Below are positions 28,836 through 39,131 of a stretch of 64,000 nt of DNA, in pieces; the first letter of the stretch is position 1, and every line of letters starts with the position of its first letter. This DNA is from Candidatus Daviesbacteria bacterium. Its GTDB lineage: Bacteria > Patescibacteriota > Microgenomatia > Daviesbacterales > UBA10151. The notes under the pieces are model-generated. The model had not been told where the DNA came from, did not search any database, and was given only the letters and a program-made list of their open reading frames with translations. Where the stretch lies: the NCBI GenBank assembly GCA_016187035.1, contig JACPKL010000010.1, positions 94,616-158,615 on the forward strand. The letters run 5' to 3'. A program made the position numbers and the translations under genes.

Positions 28836-29498
28836 ATGCAAAAAGGATCAGCTCTAATTTTTTTATTGGTAGGAGTATTAGTTATCATTGTAGCTGGCGG
28901 AGCATTTTACCTTGGTAAATTAACCCTTCGTCAAAATTCCTCAGGGCAAACTACACCAAAACCATCTTCAGTGACTGCCGTACAACCCACTCCTCAAACT
29001 ACACCAGTCTCCAGTCCTTCTGATGAAACCGCCAACTGGAAAACATACACAGATACTCAACTGGGGTTTTCTCTTAAATATCCTGAGGGTTGGATAGTTG
29101 AATCTGCAGGAACACCTTCGGGATCAACCAGATTAAACAACAATAATACTAATTGGGGAAAAATTGCTACAGAGCAGAACAAAAAAACATACCAAGTTAT
29201 TGACGACACTTTTGGTGTGGAAATAGTTAGGTCTAGTGACCCAGCTTACATTTCCGATATAGGCGAGAATAGACTAATAAAATCAGAGACAACTGTTGTT
29301 GATGGAATAACTGGCAAGAAGCAATACTTTAGGAACAGCAGCGAACCTCGTCTTGGGACTGGTGTGGCAGTAAAGATCACAAGGGGCAAGTATACGTACA
29401 GTATAGCAGGTGGCCTAACTGACCAAACCCAAGAATACTTAGACTCTCAATATGCTAAGATTTTTGACCAAATTCTTTCTACCTTTAGATTCGACTAG
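28836..29498 (+). CDS. secreted/anchored hypothetical protein (MQKGSALIFLLVG... anchor)
   Basis: N-terminal anchor, a P/T/S-rich linker and a globular C-terminus. Confidence 0.45.
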   Translation: MQKGSALIFLLVGVLVIIVAGGAFYLGKLTLRQNSSGQTTPKPSSVTAVQPTPQTTPVSSPSDETANWKTYTDTQLGFSLKYPEGWIVESAGTPSGSTRLNNNNTNWGKIATEQNKKTYQVIDDTFGVEIVRSSDPAYISDIGENRLIKSETTVVDGITGKKQYFRNSSEPRLGTGVAVKITRGKYTYSIAGGLTDQTQEYLDSQYAKIFDQILSTFRFD

Positions 29499-29518
29499 CT
29501 CACTACAAGTAAATTCCT

Positions 29519-30757
29519 TTAAACCACCAGTTCTTTACCTTGATAGTTTCTTAAGGCTTTACTTTTTAAAGCAACCAGGGAGGTAATCAGGATTACCCCT
29601 GCCCCACCTATTACTACTGATGCCGGGCCACCGATTGCTTTAGCTAAAAATCCAGCCTCTATCTCTCCCAACTGCGGCCCGCCTTGGAAGAAAATTCTGG
29701 TAATTGAGGCCATCCTACCTCTTAGATGATCAGGAGTGACTATTTGCCTGATAGTATTCCTAATAATACTTGAAACCATATCTCCAAAGCCTACTAACAT
29801 CAAAAATAAAAGTGATAAAGTAAAAGATTTAGATAAACCAAAAGCAATAGTAGCTGCCCCGTATAAAATAACAGCCACTATGATCATTTTACCTTGATAT
29901 TTAATTTTATGATGCAAGGCGGCAATGAGAACACCGGCAAATACCCCGCCTATGGCTGGGGCTGAATATAAAAACCCCAAACCTTGCGCACCTACATGCA
30001 ATACATCTTTGGCAAAAACAGGCATTAATATATTGGCTGTCCCAAAAAATGAGGCTAGAAAATCTAAAATCATAGTTGAATAAAGTATGGGGGTGGAAAT
30101 AACAAACTTAATACCTTCAGAAACAGCAGACAAACTAAATTTAACTTTTTCCCTATTGTGCTGATGCAAAGGAATTTTCAAAGCAAAGATTGCTACAATA
30201 AAAAATAGGAAAGAAAAGGCATTAAACAGATAAACCGGGGGTACTCCTGCTGCCCCAATTAAAAAACCGGCAATGGCCGGTCCGATCATAATAGCAGCTT
30301 GAAACTGCAGAGAGCCTAAAGAAACTGCATTCATAAAATTGTTTCTTGGCACTAAATGAGGTATAACCGCTTGCCTGGCAGGAATAGAAAAAGACTGGGC
30401 AGTAGCTATTAAGATCAAACATAAATAGATTAAATTAGGATTGATTACCTGAAAATAGCTTAAGACAAACAGAATCAAAGCAATACCAGCTTGAGTCGTC
30501 AGACTAGCAATTAGCAGCTTCCTTCTGTCCAGCTTATCAACTGTTAATCCTCCAATCAGTGAAAATAATAAAATTGGGATAAAGTTAGCTACACCTATCA
30601 AACCTAATGAGGCAGGATTTCTGGTGATTTCATAAAGTTGCCAAGCTACAGCCACAACTTGCATTTGGTTACCAATCTCAGAAATAAATGCCCCGAAAAG
30701 ATAATTTCTAAAATGTGTTATCTTAAGAGAAGAAAAAGGGGAAAGTGCAGATTTCAT
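29519..30757 (-). CDS. MFS transporter
   Basis: 12 predicted TM helices with MFS-like motifs, 412 aa. Confidence 0.75.
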   Translation of the reverse strand: MKSALSPFSSLKITHFRNYLFGAFISEIGNQMQVVAVAWQLYEITRNPASLGLIGVANFIPILLFSLIGGLTVDKLDRRKLLIASLTTQAGIALILFVLSYFQVINPNLIYLCLILIATAQSFSIPARQAVIPHLVPRNNFMNAVSLGSLQFQAAIMIGPAIAGFLIGAAGVPPVYLFNAFSFLFFIVAIFALKIPLHQHNREKVKFSLSAVSEGIKFVISTPILYSTMILDFLASFFGTANILMPVFAKDVLHVGAQGLGFLYSAPAIGGVFAGVLIAALHHKIKYQGKMIIVAVILYGAATIAFGLSKSFTLSLLFLMLVGFGDMVSSIIRNTIRQIVTPDHLRGRMASITRIFFQGGPQLGEIEAGFLAKAIGGPASVVIGGAGVILITSLVALKSKALRNYQGKELVV

Positions 30758-30781
30758 CAGTAAACTGATATTATACAGGGT

Positions 30782-31486
30782 GTGAAAATACTTTTGTATG
30801 GCAGAACTGCGAAAAATATAGAAGAATTAGTTAAAAACTTAGGATTTGAAATAGTTAATGCCAATCCGGAAGTAGTTATCAGCTACGGTGGAGACGGCAC
30901 TCTGCTTTCAACCGAAAGAAGGTTTCCTCATATTCCTAAATTACCTATTAGAAGCAGCCAGCTTTATAATAAATGCCCCAAACACACAAATGAAGTGATG
31001 CTGAAAAAGCTGCTAGATGTCAAACTACATCTGAGAGAATACAAAAAACTGGTAACGACAATTTTATATAAAAATTTTTATGCTTTAAACGATTTTGTTA
31101 TCAGAAACTCTGATACCACTCACTCTATCAGATTTAAAACATCTGCAACAGTAGACCAGGTACTAATCGGAGATGGTGTTGTTATTTCTACTCCTCTTGG
31201 ATCAACAGCTTATTTTAAAAGCATTACTGCCAAATCTTTCACTTCAGGATTTGGTTTGGCTTTTAATAATACTACCAAGAAAATTCCTCCTGCCCTATTT
31301 AAAGATCAGGATCAAATAACTGTCAATTTAATCAGAGGTAAGGCAACTTTGTCTTTTGATAACAGTCCTGATATTTTTGTAATTGATGAAAACTCAGAGT
31401 TAACCTTTTCTCTTTCTGACCAAACTGCCCAAATTTATGATGCTGAAACCCTAAGATGTCCTGACTGCAGACTCAAGAAAGTTTAA
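30782..31486 (+). CDS. nadK: NAD+ kinase
   Basis: GGDGTLL motif, 234 aa. Confidence 0.8.
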   Translation: MKILLYGRTAKNIEELVKNLGFEIVNANPEVVISYGGDGTLLSTERRFPHIPKLPIRSSQLYNKCPKHTNEVMLKKLLDVKLHLREYKKLVTTILYKNFYALNDFVIRNSDTTHSIRFKTSATVDQVLIGDGVVISTPLGSTAYFKSITAKSFTSGFGLAFNNTTKKIPPALFKDQDQITVNLIRGKATLSFDNSPDIFVIDENSELTFSLSDQTAQIYDAETLRCPDCRLKKV

Positions 31487-32446
31487 CTGACTTTTGGAAG
31501 TATCAAAGGAAACTTTAATGCCTAATGGCATAGGGATATTGACTGTGAAATGGCCAAAATCTAAGTTAGACATTATAGGAAACCTGTAACCATTTAGGAT
31601 TTCTAAAATCATTTCTTTGATATCTGGAACAACTACTTCTTTTTCTCTGGGAGGCTTTATATAAGTGATTTTACCAATCAGCATACCTGCAATTTTATCT
31701 AAAACTCCAGCATATTTTAGATGTGTTAAAAACCTAGCTATATTATATAAAGGCTCACCCACTTCTTCCCAAAACAAAATAGCTCCTTTCCAGTATTTCA
31801 GAGAAGGGAAATATGGAGTGCCAATTAGATTAGTCAACAAGTGTAAATTGCCTCCTATTAAATGGCCTTCTGTTTTCCCTTTTTTCCACTCCTCCCATTC
31901 AGTTAAAGCATCAACTATTCCAGGCGGATCTGCTCTTGTAAGAAATTTCATAAATATTTCTTTTTGGAACTGTCCTAAGTACTCCTCACCTTCTGCTGAT
32001 GGATGCCCCAACCCAAAAGTCACATCATCCATATGAAATCCCACCATTTTGCATTTAGTTAAAAAAGCCATATGGAAATTGGTCACATCAGACATCCCTA
32101 TATAGGGTTTTATATTTTCTCCAATCATTTCATAATCCAAATATTCCAATACAGAAGATGCTGAATACCCACCAGTTTGGGCAAAAATAGCTTTGATATT
32201 TTTATCAGCAAACATTGAGTTAATATCTTCTGCTACTTCTTTTGGTGTACCTGTCATCCACCATCTTGTTTTACCAATAGTATTACCTTCTTTAATCTTA
32301 AATCCTAAATCTTGAATCACTTTCTTACCCTTTTCATAACTTTCTTTAAACGAGGGCAAAACAGGTAAAGAGGAAGCCACAATTCCAATTGTATCCCCAA
32401 TATTTAATTTAGCAGGCTTACGAATATTCACCGACCCATTATACAA
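31451..32446 (-). CDS. LD-carboxypeptidase (peptidase S66, LdcA/MccF-like)
   Basis: LNIGDTIGIVASS N-terminal motif and S66 architecture. Confidence 0.7.
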   Translation of the reverse strand: MYNGSVNIRKPAKLNIGDTIGIVASSLPVLPSFKESYEKGKKVIQDLGFKIKEGNTIGKTRWWMTGTPKEVAEDINSMFADKNIKAIFAQTGGYSASSVLEYLDYEMIGENIKPYIGMSDVTNFHMAFLTKCKMVGFHMDDVTFGLGHPSAEGEEYLGQFQKEIFMKFLTRADPPGIVDALTEWEEWKKGKTEGHLIGGNLHLLTNLIGTPYFPSLKYWKGAILFWEEVGEPLYNIARFLTHLKYAGVLDKIAGMLIGKITYIKPPREKEVVVPDIKEMILEILNGYRFPIMSNLDFGHFTVNIPMPLGIKVSFDTSKSQLNFLESAVRTS

Positions 32447-32466
32447 AATGGTATAATTAATTTACT

Positions 32467-32754
32467 ATGACTAAAGTTTCCTACACCCAACTTCAGAAAA
32501 AATATGGGGGAATGTATGTTTTGACTGATAAACCAGAAGGGAAGGTGGTAGCTGCTTCCAGAAATCTAAAAAAAGCTTTCAAAGAGGCTGAGGAAAAAGG
32601 TTATCAAAATCCCGCAGTTCAATTTGTTCCGCCTTATGGAGTCATCGCAATTTATGAAGAAGTACCGATTTTGTTAGGCAGAGCAGGCATCTTAGATAGA
32701 TTTACTATTCATATGGATGCTAAAAAGAAAGAAATTGAATTTGAAGAAATTTAG
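32467..32754 (+). CDS. small conserved hypothetical protein (paralog of 28453..28674)
   Basis: Shared sequence block. Followed by a TACGATCG palindrome at 32790-32798. Confidence 0.4.
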   Translation: MTKVSYTQLQKKYGGMYVLTDKPEGKVVAASRNLKKAFKEAEEKGYQNPAVQFVPPYGVIAIYEEVPILLGRAGILDRFTIHMDAKKKEIEFEEI

Positions 32755-32825
32755 CTACTTAGATCTAAATAATTAATTCCATACATTGATACGATCGTTT
32801 AAATGTATGTCAACTATTTAAAATT

Positions 32826-34592
32826 TTAACTCTTTAAAATACTTAAAAATGCTTCTTGGGGGATTTCGATACGGCCTACCATTTTCATTTTTTTCTTACC
32901 CTTTTTTTGTTTTTCCAAAAGCTTGTCTTTTCTGGTCCTGTCTCCACCGTATAATTTAGCAGTGACATCTTTTCTAAATGGTGAGATGGTTTCTCTTGCT
33001 ATAATTGTCCCGCCAATTGCTGCCTGAATTGCCACCAGGAAGTTTTGCCTAGGTAGAACCTCTTTTAATTTTTCTACTATTCTCCTGCCTAACTTTGCGG
33101 CCTTTGGCCTGTAAACTATAGTTGAAAGGGCATCTACTTTTTCTCCCCCAACCAGGATGTCTACCCTGACTGCATCCACTTCCCTGAATTCCAAAAATTC
33201 CCAGTCTAAAGAGGCAAAACCGGATGATACAGATTTTAATCTATCATAAAAATCTGTCACCATTTCAGAAAGAGGCATCTCATATGATAGTTCCACTTGT
33301 ATTCCAAAATGCTGCATATTTAAAAATTTTGCCCGTCTTTCCTGAATTAATTCCATGACAGCTCCTATATAAGTTTGTGGTACAAAAATTTTTAAGCTTA
33401 CCCATGGCTCTTTAATATCTTTAGATGATGGATCTAAATCTGCAGGATTATCTAAACTTTGACCGTTTACTAAATATTCCACAGAAGGGGCAGTTGCCAA
33501 AAGATTAACCCCAAATTCCTCTGATAACCTTTCCTGGACCACTTCTGCATGCAAAAGCCCTAAAAACCCACACCGGAAACCTGAACCCAAGGCTTGAGAC
33601 TGTTCCAACTCATAAGAAAAAGCCGGATCATTTAGCTTAAATTTAGCTAAGGCTTCTTTTAAACTAAAATATTCTGATGTCTCAATTGGGTAAAGGCCAA
33701 CAAAAACCATTGGCTTAACTGCTTTATAGCCCGGTAAAGGCTGTTCATTCAAATCAGTGGAAATAGTATCCCCAACCCTGACTAAATCCGGTACTTTAAT
33801 GCCTGTGGCAATATAACCAATTTCCCCACTTTCCAAACCATTATTAGTAGTCAGCTGGGGGGCAAAAAATCCGGTTTCTAAAACATGCCCTTGTGCTTTT
33901 GTCTGCAAGAAATAAATAGGAGCATTAACTGGTGGGGTTTGGCCCTCTACTATCTTAACTTGTGCTATTACCCCTTTAAATGAATCAAAGAATGAATCAA
34001 AGATTAAAGCTCTTAGGGAATTTAGGGTATTTACCTTTGGAGCTGGAATTCTTTTGACAATCTCCTCAAGAAGTTTGTCCACCCCTTGACCAGTCTTGCC
34101 TGAAACCAGTAGAATTTCCTCACTGCTAAAACCGAAAGTATCTATCAGTTGCTTTTTCGCTGCTTCAATATCAGCATTTGGTAAATCTATTTTGTTTATA
34201 ACAGGGATCAAAGTTAGATTTTGCTCCAAAGCAGCGAAACCATGGGCTAAAGTCTGGGCCTGGATACCTTGTGTAGCATCAACCAAAAGTACAGCTCCTT
34301 CAACTGCTGCTAAAGCCCTTGACACCTCATAAGAAAAATCAACATGGCCCGGTGTGTCAATTAAGTTAAGGGTATAAACTTCCTCTTTGTCATTTTTTTT
34401 ATAAATGTATTCCAATCTGACAGGAGCTAGCTTTATTGTGATTCCACGTTCCCTTTCCAGCGCTAAACTATCCAAAAGCTGTGGTTGTAATTTATCTTTT
34501 GGTACAGTTCCTGTAATTTCTAACAGTCTGTCTGCCAGGGTAGATTTTCCATGGTCAATGTGAGCAATTATTGAAAAATTCCGAATATTCAT
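32826..34592 (-). CDS. lepA: elongation factor 4 (LepA)
   Basis: NFSIIAHIDHGKSTLADR G domain and the LepA C-terminal domain, 588 aa. Confidence 0.95.
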   Translation of the reverse strand: MNIRNFSIIAHIDHGKSTLADRLLEITGTVPKDKLQPQLLDSLALERERGITIKLAPVRLEYIYKKNDKEEVYTLNLIDTPGHVDFSYEVSRALAAVEGAVLLVDATQGIQAQTLAHGFAALEQNLTLIPVINKIDLPNADIEAAKKQLIDTFGFSSEEILLVSGKTGQGVDKLLEEIVKRIPAPKVNTLNSLRALIFDSFFDSFKGVIAQVKIVEGQTPPVNAPIYFLQTKAQGHVLETGFFAPQLTTNNGLESGEIGYIATGIKVPDLVRVGDTISTDLNEQPLPGYKAVKPMVFVGLYPIETSEYFSLKEALAKFKLNDPAFSYELEQSQALGSGFRCGFLGLLHAEVVQERLSEEFGVNLLATAPSVEYLVNGQSLDNPADLDPSSKDIKEPWVSLKIFVPQTYIGAVMELIQERRAKFLNMQHFGIQVELSYEMPLSEMVTDFYDRLKSVSSGFASLDWEFLEFREVDAVRVDILVGGEKVDALSTIVYRPKAAKLGRRIVEKLKEVLPRQNFLVAIQAAIGGTIIARETISPFRKDVTAKLYGGDRTRKDKLLEKQKKGKKKMKMVGRIEIPQEAFLSILKS

Positions 34593-34616
34593 GGTGAGTA
34601 TTGTAGCAAATCTTGC

Positions 34617-36251
34617 TTAAACAGTCTCAGGGAGAATCTCTTTTGATTTAAGCTTCGCTCTAAACTCACCCAATCTCTTAAAAAGCTCTACATACGTGAC
34701 CAGCTCCCTAACATCTAAAAACTTAACTAATAATATATACACCGACAAAGCAAATATAGATGAAGCGCCAGTCAATACTAACAAATTTATTGTCCTGGTA
34801 GTGTCTATAATTACCTGATCCAAAAGTTTTATCGGGATATATAATGCCATACCCATAATTACAGTTGCCATTATCATCTTAAGAAAGGGCACTAACACTA
34901 CCCTCAAGTTAAATTTCCCTACTTTTAAATGAAGAGTCCAAAAAAGCAGTATTCCTGATAGTAAGGCTGAGATGGAATTAGCAAGACCAATGCTCCAAAC
35001 ATCAAATTTTAAAATTACCACAAAAAATATACTTAATATAATATTTAATATCACTACTATTAAAGAAACTATCACCGGTGTTTTTGTATCTTTGAGCGCA
35101 TAAAAACCCCTTACCAAAAGCAGAGAAACAGCTTGAGCAGTTAGCCCAATAGAAAGGTAAGCCAGGGTAGCTCCTGTTAAAACAGTAGCCTCCCAATTAA
35201 ATTGGGAGGCACCGAATATTAACCTTACAACTGGTATTCTAATTACAATCAGAATAACCGTAGCCGGTAAAGCTAGAAAAAGAATTTGGTGAAAAGTAGT
35301 TAAAATAGTAACTTTAAATTCCTCTATTTTTCCCCGAGCTCTTTCAGCTGACAAAACAGGCAAAGCAGCTTGAGCCAAGGTTGCCCCAAAAAGCCCTATT
35401 GGTACTACTTGCAGATGCTGAGCAAAAGTAAGGTATGTAACCGACCCTATAGAGGCTAGAGAAGCTAAAGCAATTCCTACCTTTTCGTTAATTTGCTCAG
35501 CAGCTAGTCCTAAAGTTCTCACACTCATCAATTTAATTAGTTCCCTTACACCTGGATGAAAAAACTTTGGCGGGAATTTAAACCTAAATCCTAAGGACCA
35601 AATAAGCGGCAACTGCACTAAAGCGTGCATTAAAGCACCTAATACTACTCCCCACGCTGCCCCCATAATGCCATACGATCTGGATAAAAATACTATACCA
35701 ATAATTATTCCTAAGTTATAAAAGAGGGGAGCTAAAGAGGGAATAACAAATCTTTGGAAAGATTGTAAAATACCAATGAAAAAAGATCCAAACACCAGTA
35801 TTACTTGACCCAGTAGAATAACTCTGGTCAGAGAAATCACCTGCAATTGTTTATCAAAAGTAAATCCAGGTGCTATAAAGTTAATAATAATAGGCTGAGC
35901 TAATATATAAATTAGGATTGTTGCTAAACCAAACAACCCTAAAAAGATATTCAAAATCACTCTCGCCATCTCAAAAGCATCCTTTTCTCCTTTATTTTCA
36001 TAATGTTCAGTAAAAACAGGAATAAAGGCCACAGACAAAGCCCCCAAAATAACTATCTGAAAAACCAGATCCGGTAGGCTGAAAGCTGCCCAAAAAATAT
36101 CTATCTTATCCGGTGAAAATACATGAGCTAATAAACGATCACGGATTAAACCTAATACTTTAGATAGCATTAAGGTAACCATTATTATAAACGCACCTGA
36201 TAAAATTGAAGTTTGTCTTGAGTAAAGCAGAGAAAAAAGATTTTTAACCAT
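34617..36251 (-). CDS. murJ: lipid II flippase MurJ
   Basis: 14-TM MOP-family protein with a MurJ-type N-terminus. Confidence 0.8.
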   Translation of the reverse strand: MVKNLFSLLYSRQTSILSGAFIIMVTLMLSKVLGLIRDRLLAHVFSPDKIDIFWAAFSLPDLVFQIVILGALSVAFIPVFTEHYENKGEKDAFEMARVILNIFLGLFGLATILIYILAQPIIINFIAPGFTFDKQLQVISLTRVILLGQVILVFGSFFIGILQSFQRFVIPSLAPLFYNLGIIIGIVFLSRSYGIMGAAWGVVLGALMHALVQLPLIWSLGFRFKFPPKFFHPGVRELIKLMSVRTLGLAAEQINEKVGIALASLASIGSVTYLTFAQHLQVVPIGLFGATLAQAALPVLSAERARGKIEEFKVTILTTFHQILFLALPATVILIVIRIPVVRLIFGASQFNWEATVLTGATLAYLSIGLTAQAVSLLLVRGFYALKDTKTPVIVSLIVVILNIILSIFFVVILKFDVWSIGLANSISALLSGILLFWTLHLKVGKFNLRVVLVPFLKMIMATVIMGMALYIPIKLLDQVIIDTTRTINLLVLTGASSIFALSVYILLVKFLDVRELVTYVELFKRLGEFRAKLKSKEILPETV

Positions 36252-36347
36252 TTTTATTTAATTGACATTAATATTTTAGAATAAATAGGGTAAAAGAAAC
36301 TAGATATTAATATTGCAGCCAATATACTAATATGTTAAGATCCCACC

Positions 36348-36578
36348 ATGCCTATCATCCGATCAGCAATAAAAAAGGTTAGAAAAGACAAAACAAGAAC
36401 AGCTAGGAATAAAAAAAGAGAGATGGTATTGAAATCTCTGATAAAAAAAGCTCGAACTAGTAAGTCAGCTAAAGATATCAATGCTGCATTTTCTGCTTTG
36501 GATAAAGCAGCCAAGGTGAAATTAATTCATTCAAATAAGTCTGCCCGCTTAAAATCAAGATTATCGAAATTAAAGTAG
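36348..36578 (+). CDS. rpsT: 30S ribosomal protein S20
   Basis: Basic 76-aa protein beginning MPIIRSAIKKVRKDKTR. Confidence 0.9.
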   Translation: MPIIRSAIKKVRKDKTRTARNKKREMVLKSLIKKARTSKSAKDINAAFSALDKAAKVKLIHSNKSARLKSRLSKLK

Positions 36579-36592
36579 GGTATAATTAATTC

Positions 36593-37180
36593 ATGCCCAA
36601 ACCCAAAAACCCTAAACTAACTATCCGTTTAAATTTATTAAAACCTCAATCTAACCCAGAAAAACTGTTTGTTAAATTAATTAAATGGTTATTATCAACC
36701 GGCCGTTTTATATTTATCTTTGTAGAAGCCTTAGTTCTACTGGCATTTATTGCCCGATTTAAATTAGATGCTGATATAGCTTCCACTAAAGAAGATATCG
36801 AGCAGCAGATACCGTATATAGAAAGTTTAAAACCATTTGAAATCTTGATTAGACAAACGCAACTTAAACTATCAACTATTAATTCTTTTTACGTTAACTA
36901 TCCTGATTACTCACAAGTAATGAAAAAAGTTGCTGATCAAACTCCCGCTGGTGTGAAAATAGGTAATCTCAGTCTTGAAAAGAATATCAATAAAACTACG
37001 ATCCGTTTGAGCGGTGTTGCACAAAATAATACTGATTTATCTGTTTTTGTCGGCGGGTTAAAACAGGACCAATTATTTGTTGATACCACAATAACTAGTA
37101 TAGGTTTTGAAAAAGGAAATATAAGCTTTTCTTTAAGTTTTTCGGCAAAATTAACAAAAAAGGAAGGAAAAAGTTTATAA
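36593..37180 (+). CDS. pilN: type IV pilus assembly protein PilN-like
   Basis: N-terminal IRLNLLKP (INLLP-type) motif, a single TM helix and a periplasmic domain. Confidence 0.6.
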   Translation: MPKPKNPKLTIRLNLLKPQSNPEKLFVKLIKWLLSTGRFIFIFVEALVLLAFIARFKLDADIASTKEDIEQQIPYIESLKPFEILIRQTQLKLSTINSFYVNYPDYSQVMKKVADQTPAGVKIGNLSLEKNINKTTIRLSGVAQNNTDLSVFVGGLKQDQLFVDTTITSIGFEKGNISFSLSFSAKLTKKEGKSL

Positions 37181-37219
37181 GCAAAGCTTGAAAAGCGAGC
37201 TTACAGACTTGTTTATAAT

Positions 37220-37825
37220 ATGCGGTCACAATCTCAAATATATTCAAGATATTTCACTTATATAAAGCCAATTACTAAATCACCAATCATCAGAACATAC
37301 GGTTCAACTGTTTTTACTCTAATAATAATAACAATATTTATATTCTTTGCTATAAAACCAACTATTGAAACAATTGTAGTTCTGCAAAAAAAATTAGCTG
37401 ATTCGAATGAGGTTCTAAAAAAGGTTAATCAAAAAGCTAACAATTTATCGTTAGGTAAAGCAAACCTCGAAAAATTGCCTGCAGATATTAAATCTAAAAT
37501 ATCTGCAGCTATTCCTGATACAGCTAGCCTAAAATCAGTTATTCAAAGCCTCGAAAAAACAGCTAAAGCGCACAATGCTTCAGTTTCTGCTTTACAATTT
37601 CAACCACTTGTATTAGAAACAAAAATAGAAAATCAGCTAGGCAAACTTTCGGAGGTTTCTTTCACTTTTAATGCTGAAGGCGAATACCAGAATCTGGTCT
37701 TGCTACTCAGGGATTTAAGAGATAGTGCTAGGTTAATTGCCATAGACAGTCTAACTTTTTCAAAACTGTCTTCAGGTAATGGACTAATTATGTCAATTAC
37801 GGGGAAAGCATATTATCTAAAATAA
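37220..37825 (+). CDS. pilO: type IV pilus assembly protein PilO-like
   Basis: TM helix, coiled-coil and a C-terminal PilO-like domain, directly after pilN. Confidence 0.55.
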   Translation: MRSQSQIYSRYFTYIKPITKSPIIRTYGSTVFTLIIITIFIFFAIKPTIETIVVLQKKLADSNEVLKKVNQKANNLSLGKANLEKLPADIKSKISAAIPDTASLKSVIQSLEKTAKAHNASVSALQFQPLVLETKIENQLGKLSEVSFTFNAEGEYQNLVLLLRDLRDSARLIAIDSLTFSKLSSGNGLIMSITGKAYYLK

Positions 37826-37833
37826 GAACCTGC

Positions 37834-38097
37834 TTGCACTGTTGTATGATAAATTTTACAACAGTGCTCGCAGAACCTTGCCTTTTTGAAAGGATCAAAA
37901 ACGTGAACAAAAAAGAATGGTTGATTGCAGCAATATTAACTTTTATTACTATTTGCGCCTGGGTAATTTTTGATATCATTCATATCAGATCTCAGGTAGA
38001 AATTCCTGCCAAAATTAAAGAAGTCATTGAACCAATCGAACCTAATCTGAATTATTCTATTTTCGAAACATCTCCTCTTCAACCTGAATCACCATGA
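37834..38097 (+). CDS. small single-TM protein, hypothetical (pilus-cluster associated)
   Basis: One TM helix. The real start is probably internal. Confidence 0.3.
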   Translation: MHCCMINFTTVLAEPCLFERIKNVNKKEWLIAAILTFITICAWVIFDIIHIRSQVEIPAKIKEVIEPIEPNLNYSIFETSPLQPESP

Positions 38098-39131
38098 GAA
38101 ACATAACTGAAGCAGCAAGCAACTTAATTAAGACATTACCATCGGATTCGCTTTTTGATAAATTCAAAATCCCTACGTTATTAGGATTTGCAATTATTAT
38201 TTTGGGGATTTTTGCTGGAGTTATCTTGGTTTCGAGTAAGCAAATATTTATTTCTAAAGCTTCACCTGATATAGCACCACAGAATGTTACTGTTTCTAAT
38301 CTTTCAGACACTGAAGCAACTATCTCTTATCAAACATCAACACCAGTGACCTCTTTTATAAACTTTGGTCAGATTACTCCCAATGAACAAACTATATTAG
38401 AGGACAAAGACTTATCACAGGCTGATGAACAAAATCCCTCTTCTGGAGCTAAACCGCAGCCTCGTTTAGTGCACTATATTACCTTGAAAAATTTACTTCC
38501 CAAAACCACATATCAATATAAAATTATCACTGGTAAGAAACTTGGTGAGATTCAAAATCTTACCACCGCTTCTCCTCTTAACTCTCAGGTGGGATTCAGA
38601 CCAATTATTGGATCTGTGATAGATAAAGATAGTCCTCTAACTGAGGGGGTAGTTTACCTATCTATTGCAGGCGCAACTACTCAATCTGCACAAATTAAAG
38701 CATCTGGTAATTTTTTAATCCCAGTCTCTCAAATTAGAAAAGATGACTTAACCGATACTTACAGTCTAACAGATGATACTCTTGCCAAATTAATAGTAAT
38801 TTCCAATTCAGGGTCAGCCAGTGCCCTTTTTAAATTCAAAATATCAGGTAATACATTACCTCCGTTAGAATTGGGTAGAGATGTGGATTTAACAAATTTT
38901 TTAGAACCTACTCCAAAACCTGCTAGTCCATCCGCTCAAGAACTTAATGAGCAAAGCTCTTCTACAAATAAGTTTGATCTAAATGGTGACGGAAGAGTTA
39001 ATGCCACAGATAACGCTATCATCTTACAAAATTTTGGCAGTAAACCTAAAAACAATAAAGCTGATTTAAATAACGATGGAAAAGTAGATCAAAAGGACTT
39101 AGACCTGATGGCAAAACAAATTAACCAGTAG
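38094..39131 (+). CDS. secreted fibronectin type III domain protein with a C-terminal dockerin-like Ca-binding repeat
   Basis: Fn3-like NVTVSNLSDTEATISYQT and dockerin-like DLNGDGRVNATD...DLNNDGKVDQKD repeats. Confidence 0.55.
   Translation: MRNITEAASNLIKTLPSDSLFDKFKIPTLLGFAIIILGIFAGVILVSSKQIFISKASPDIAPQNVTVSNLSDTEATISYQTSTPVTSFINFGQITPNEQTILEDKDLSQADEQNPSSGAKPQPRLVHYITLKNLLPKTTYQYKIITGKKLGEIQNLTTASPLNSQVGFRPIIGSVIDKDSPLTEGVVYLSIAGATTQSAQIKASGNFLIPVSQIRKDDLTDTYSLTDDTLAKLIVISNSGSASALFKFKISGNTLPPLELGRDVDLTNFLEPTPKPASPSAQELNEQSSSTNKFDLNGDGRVNATDNAIILQNFGSKPKNNKADLNNDGKVDQKDLDLMAKQINQ

Noticed and set aside
28599-28841. 80-aa minus-strand ORF across the palindrome-rich spacer
   Set aside because: It spans the TACGATCGTA palindromes and an intergenic region. 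Its composition is not coding-like.
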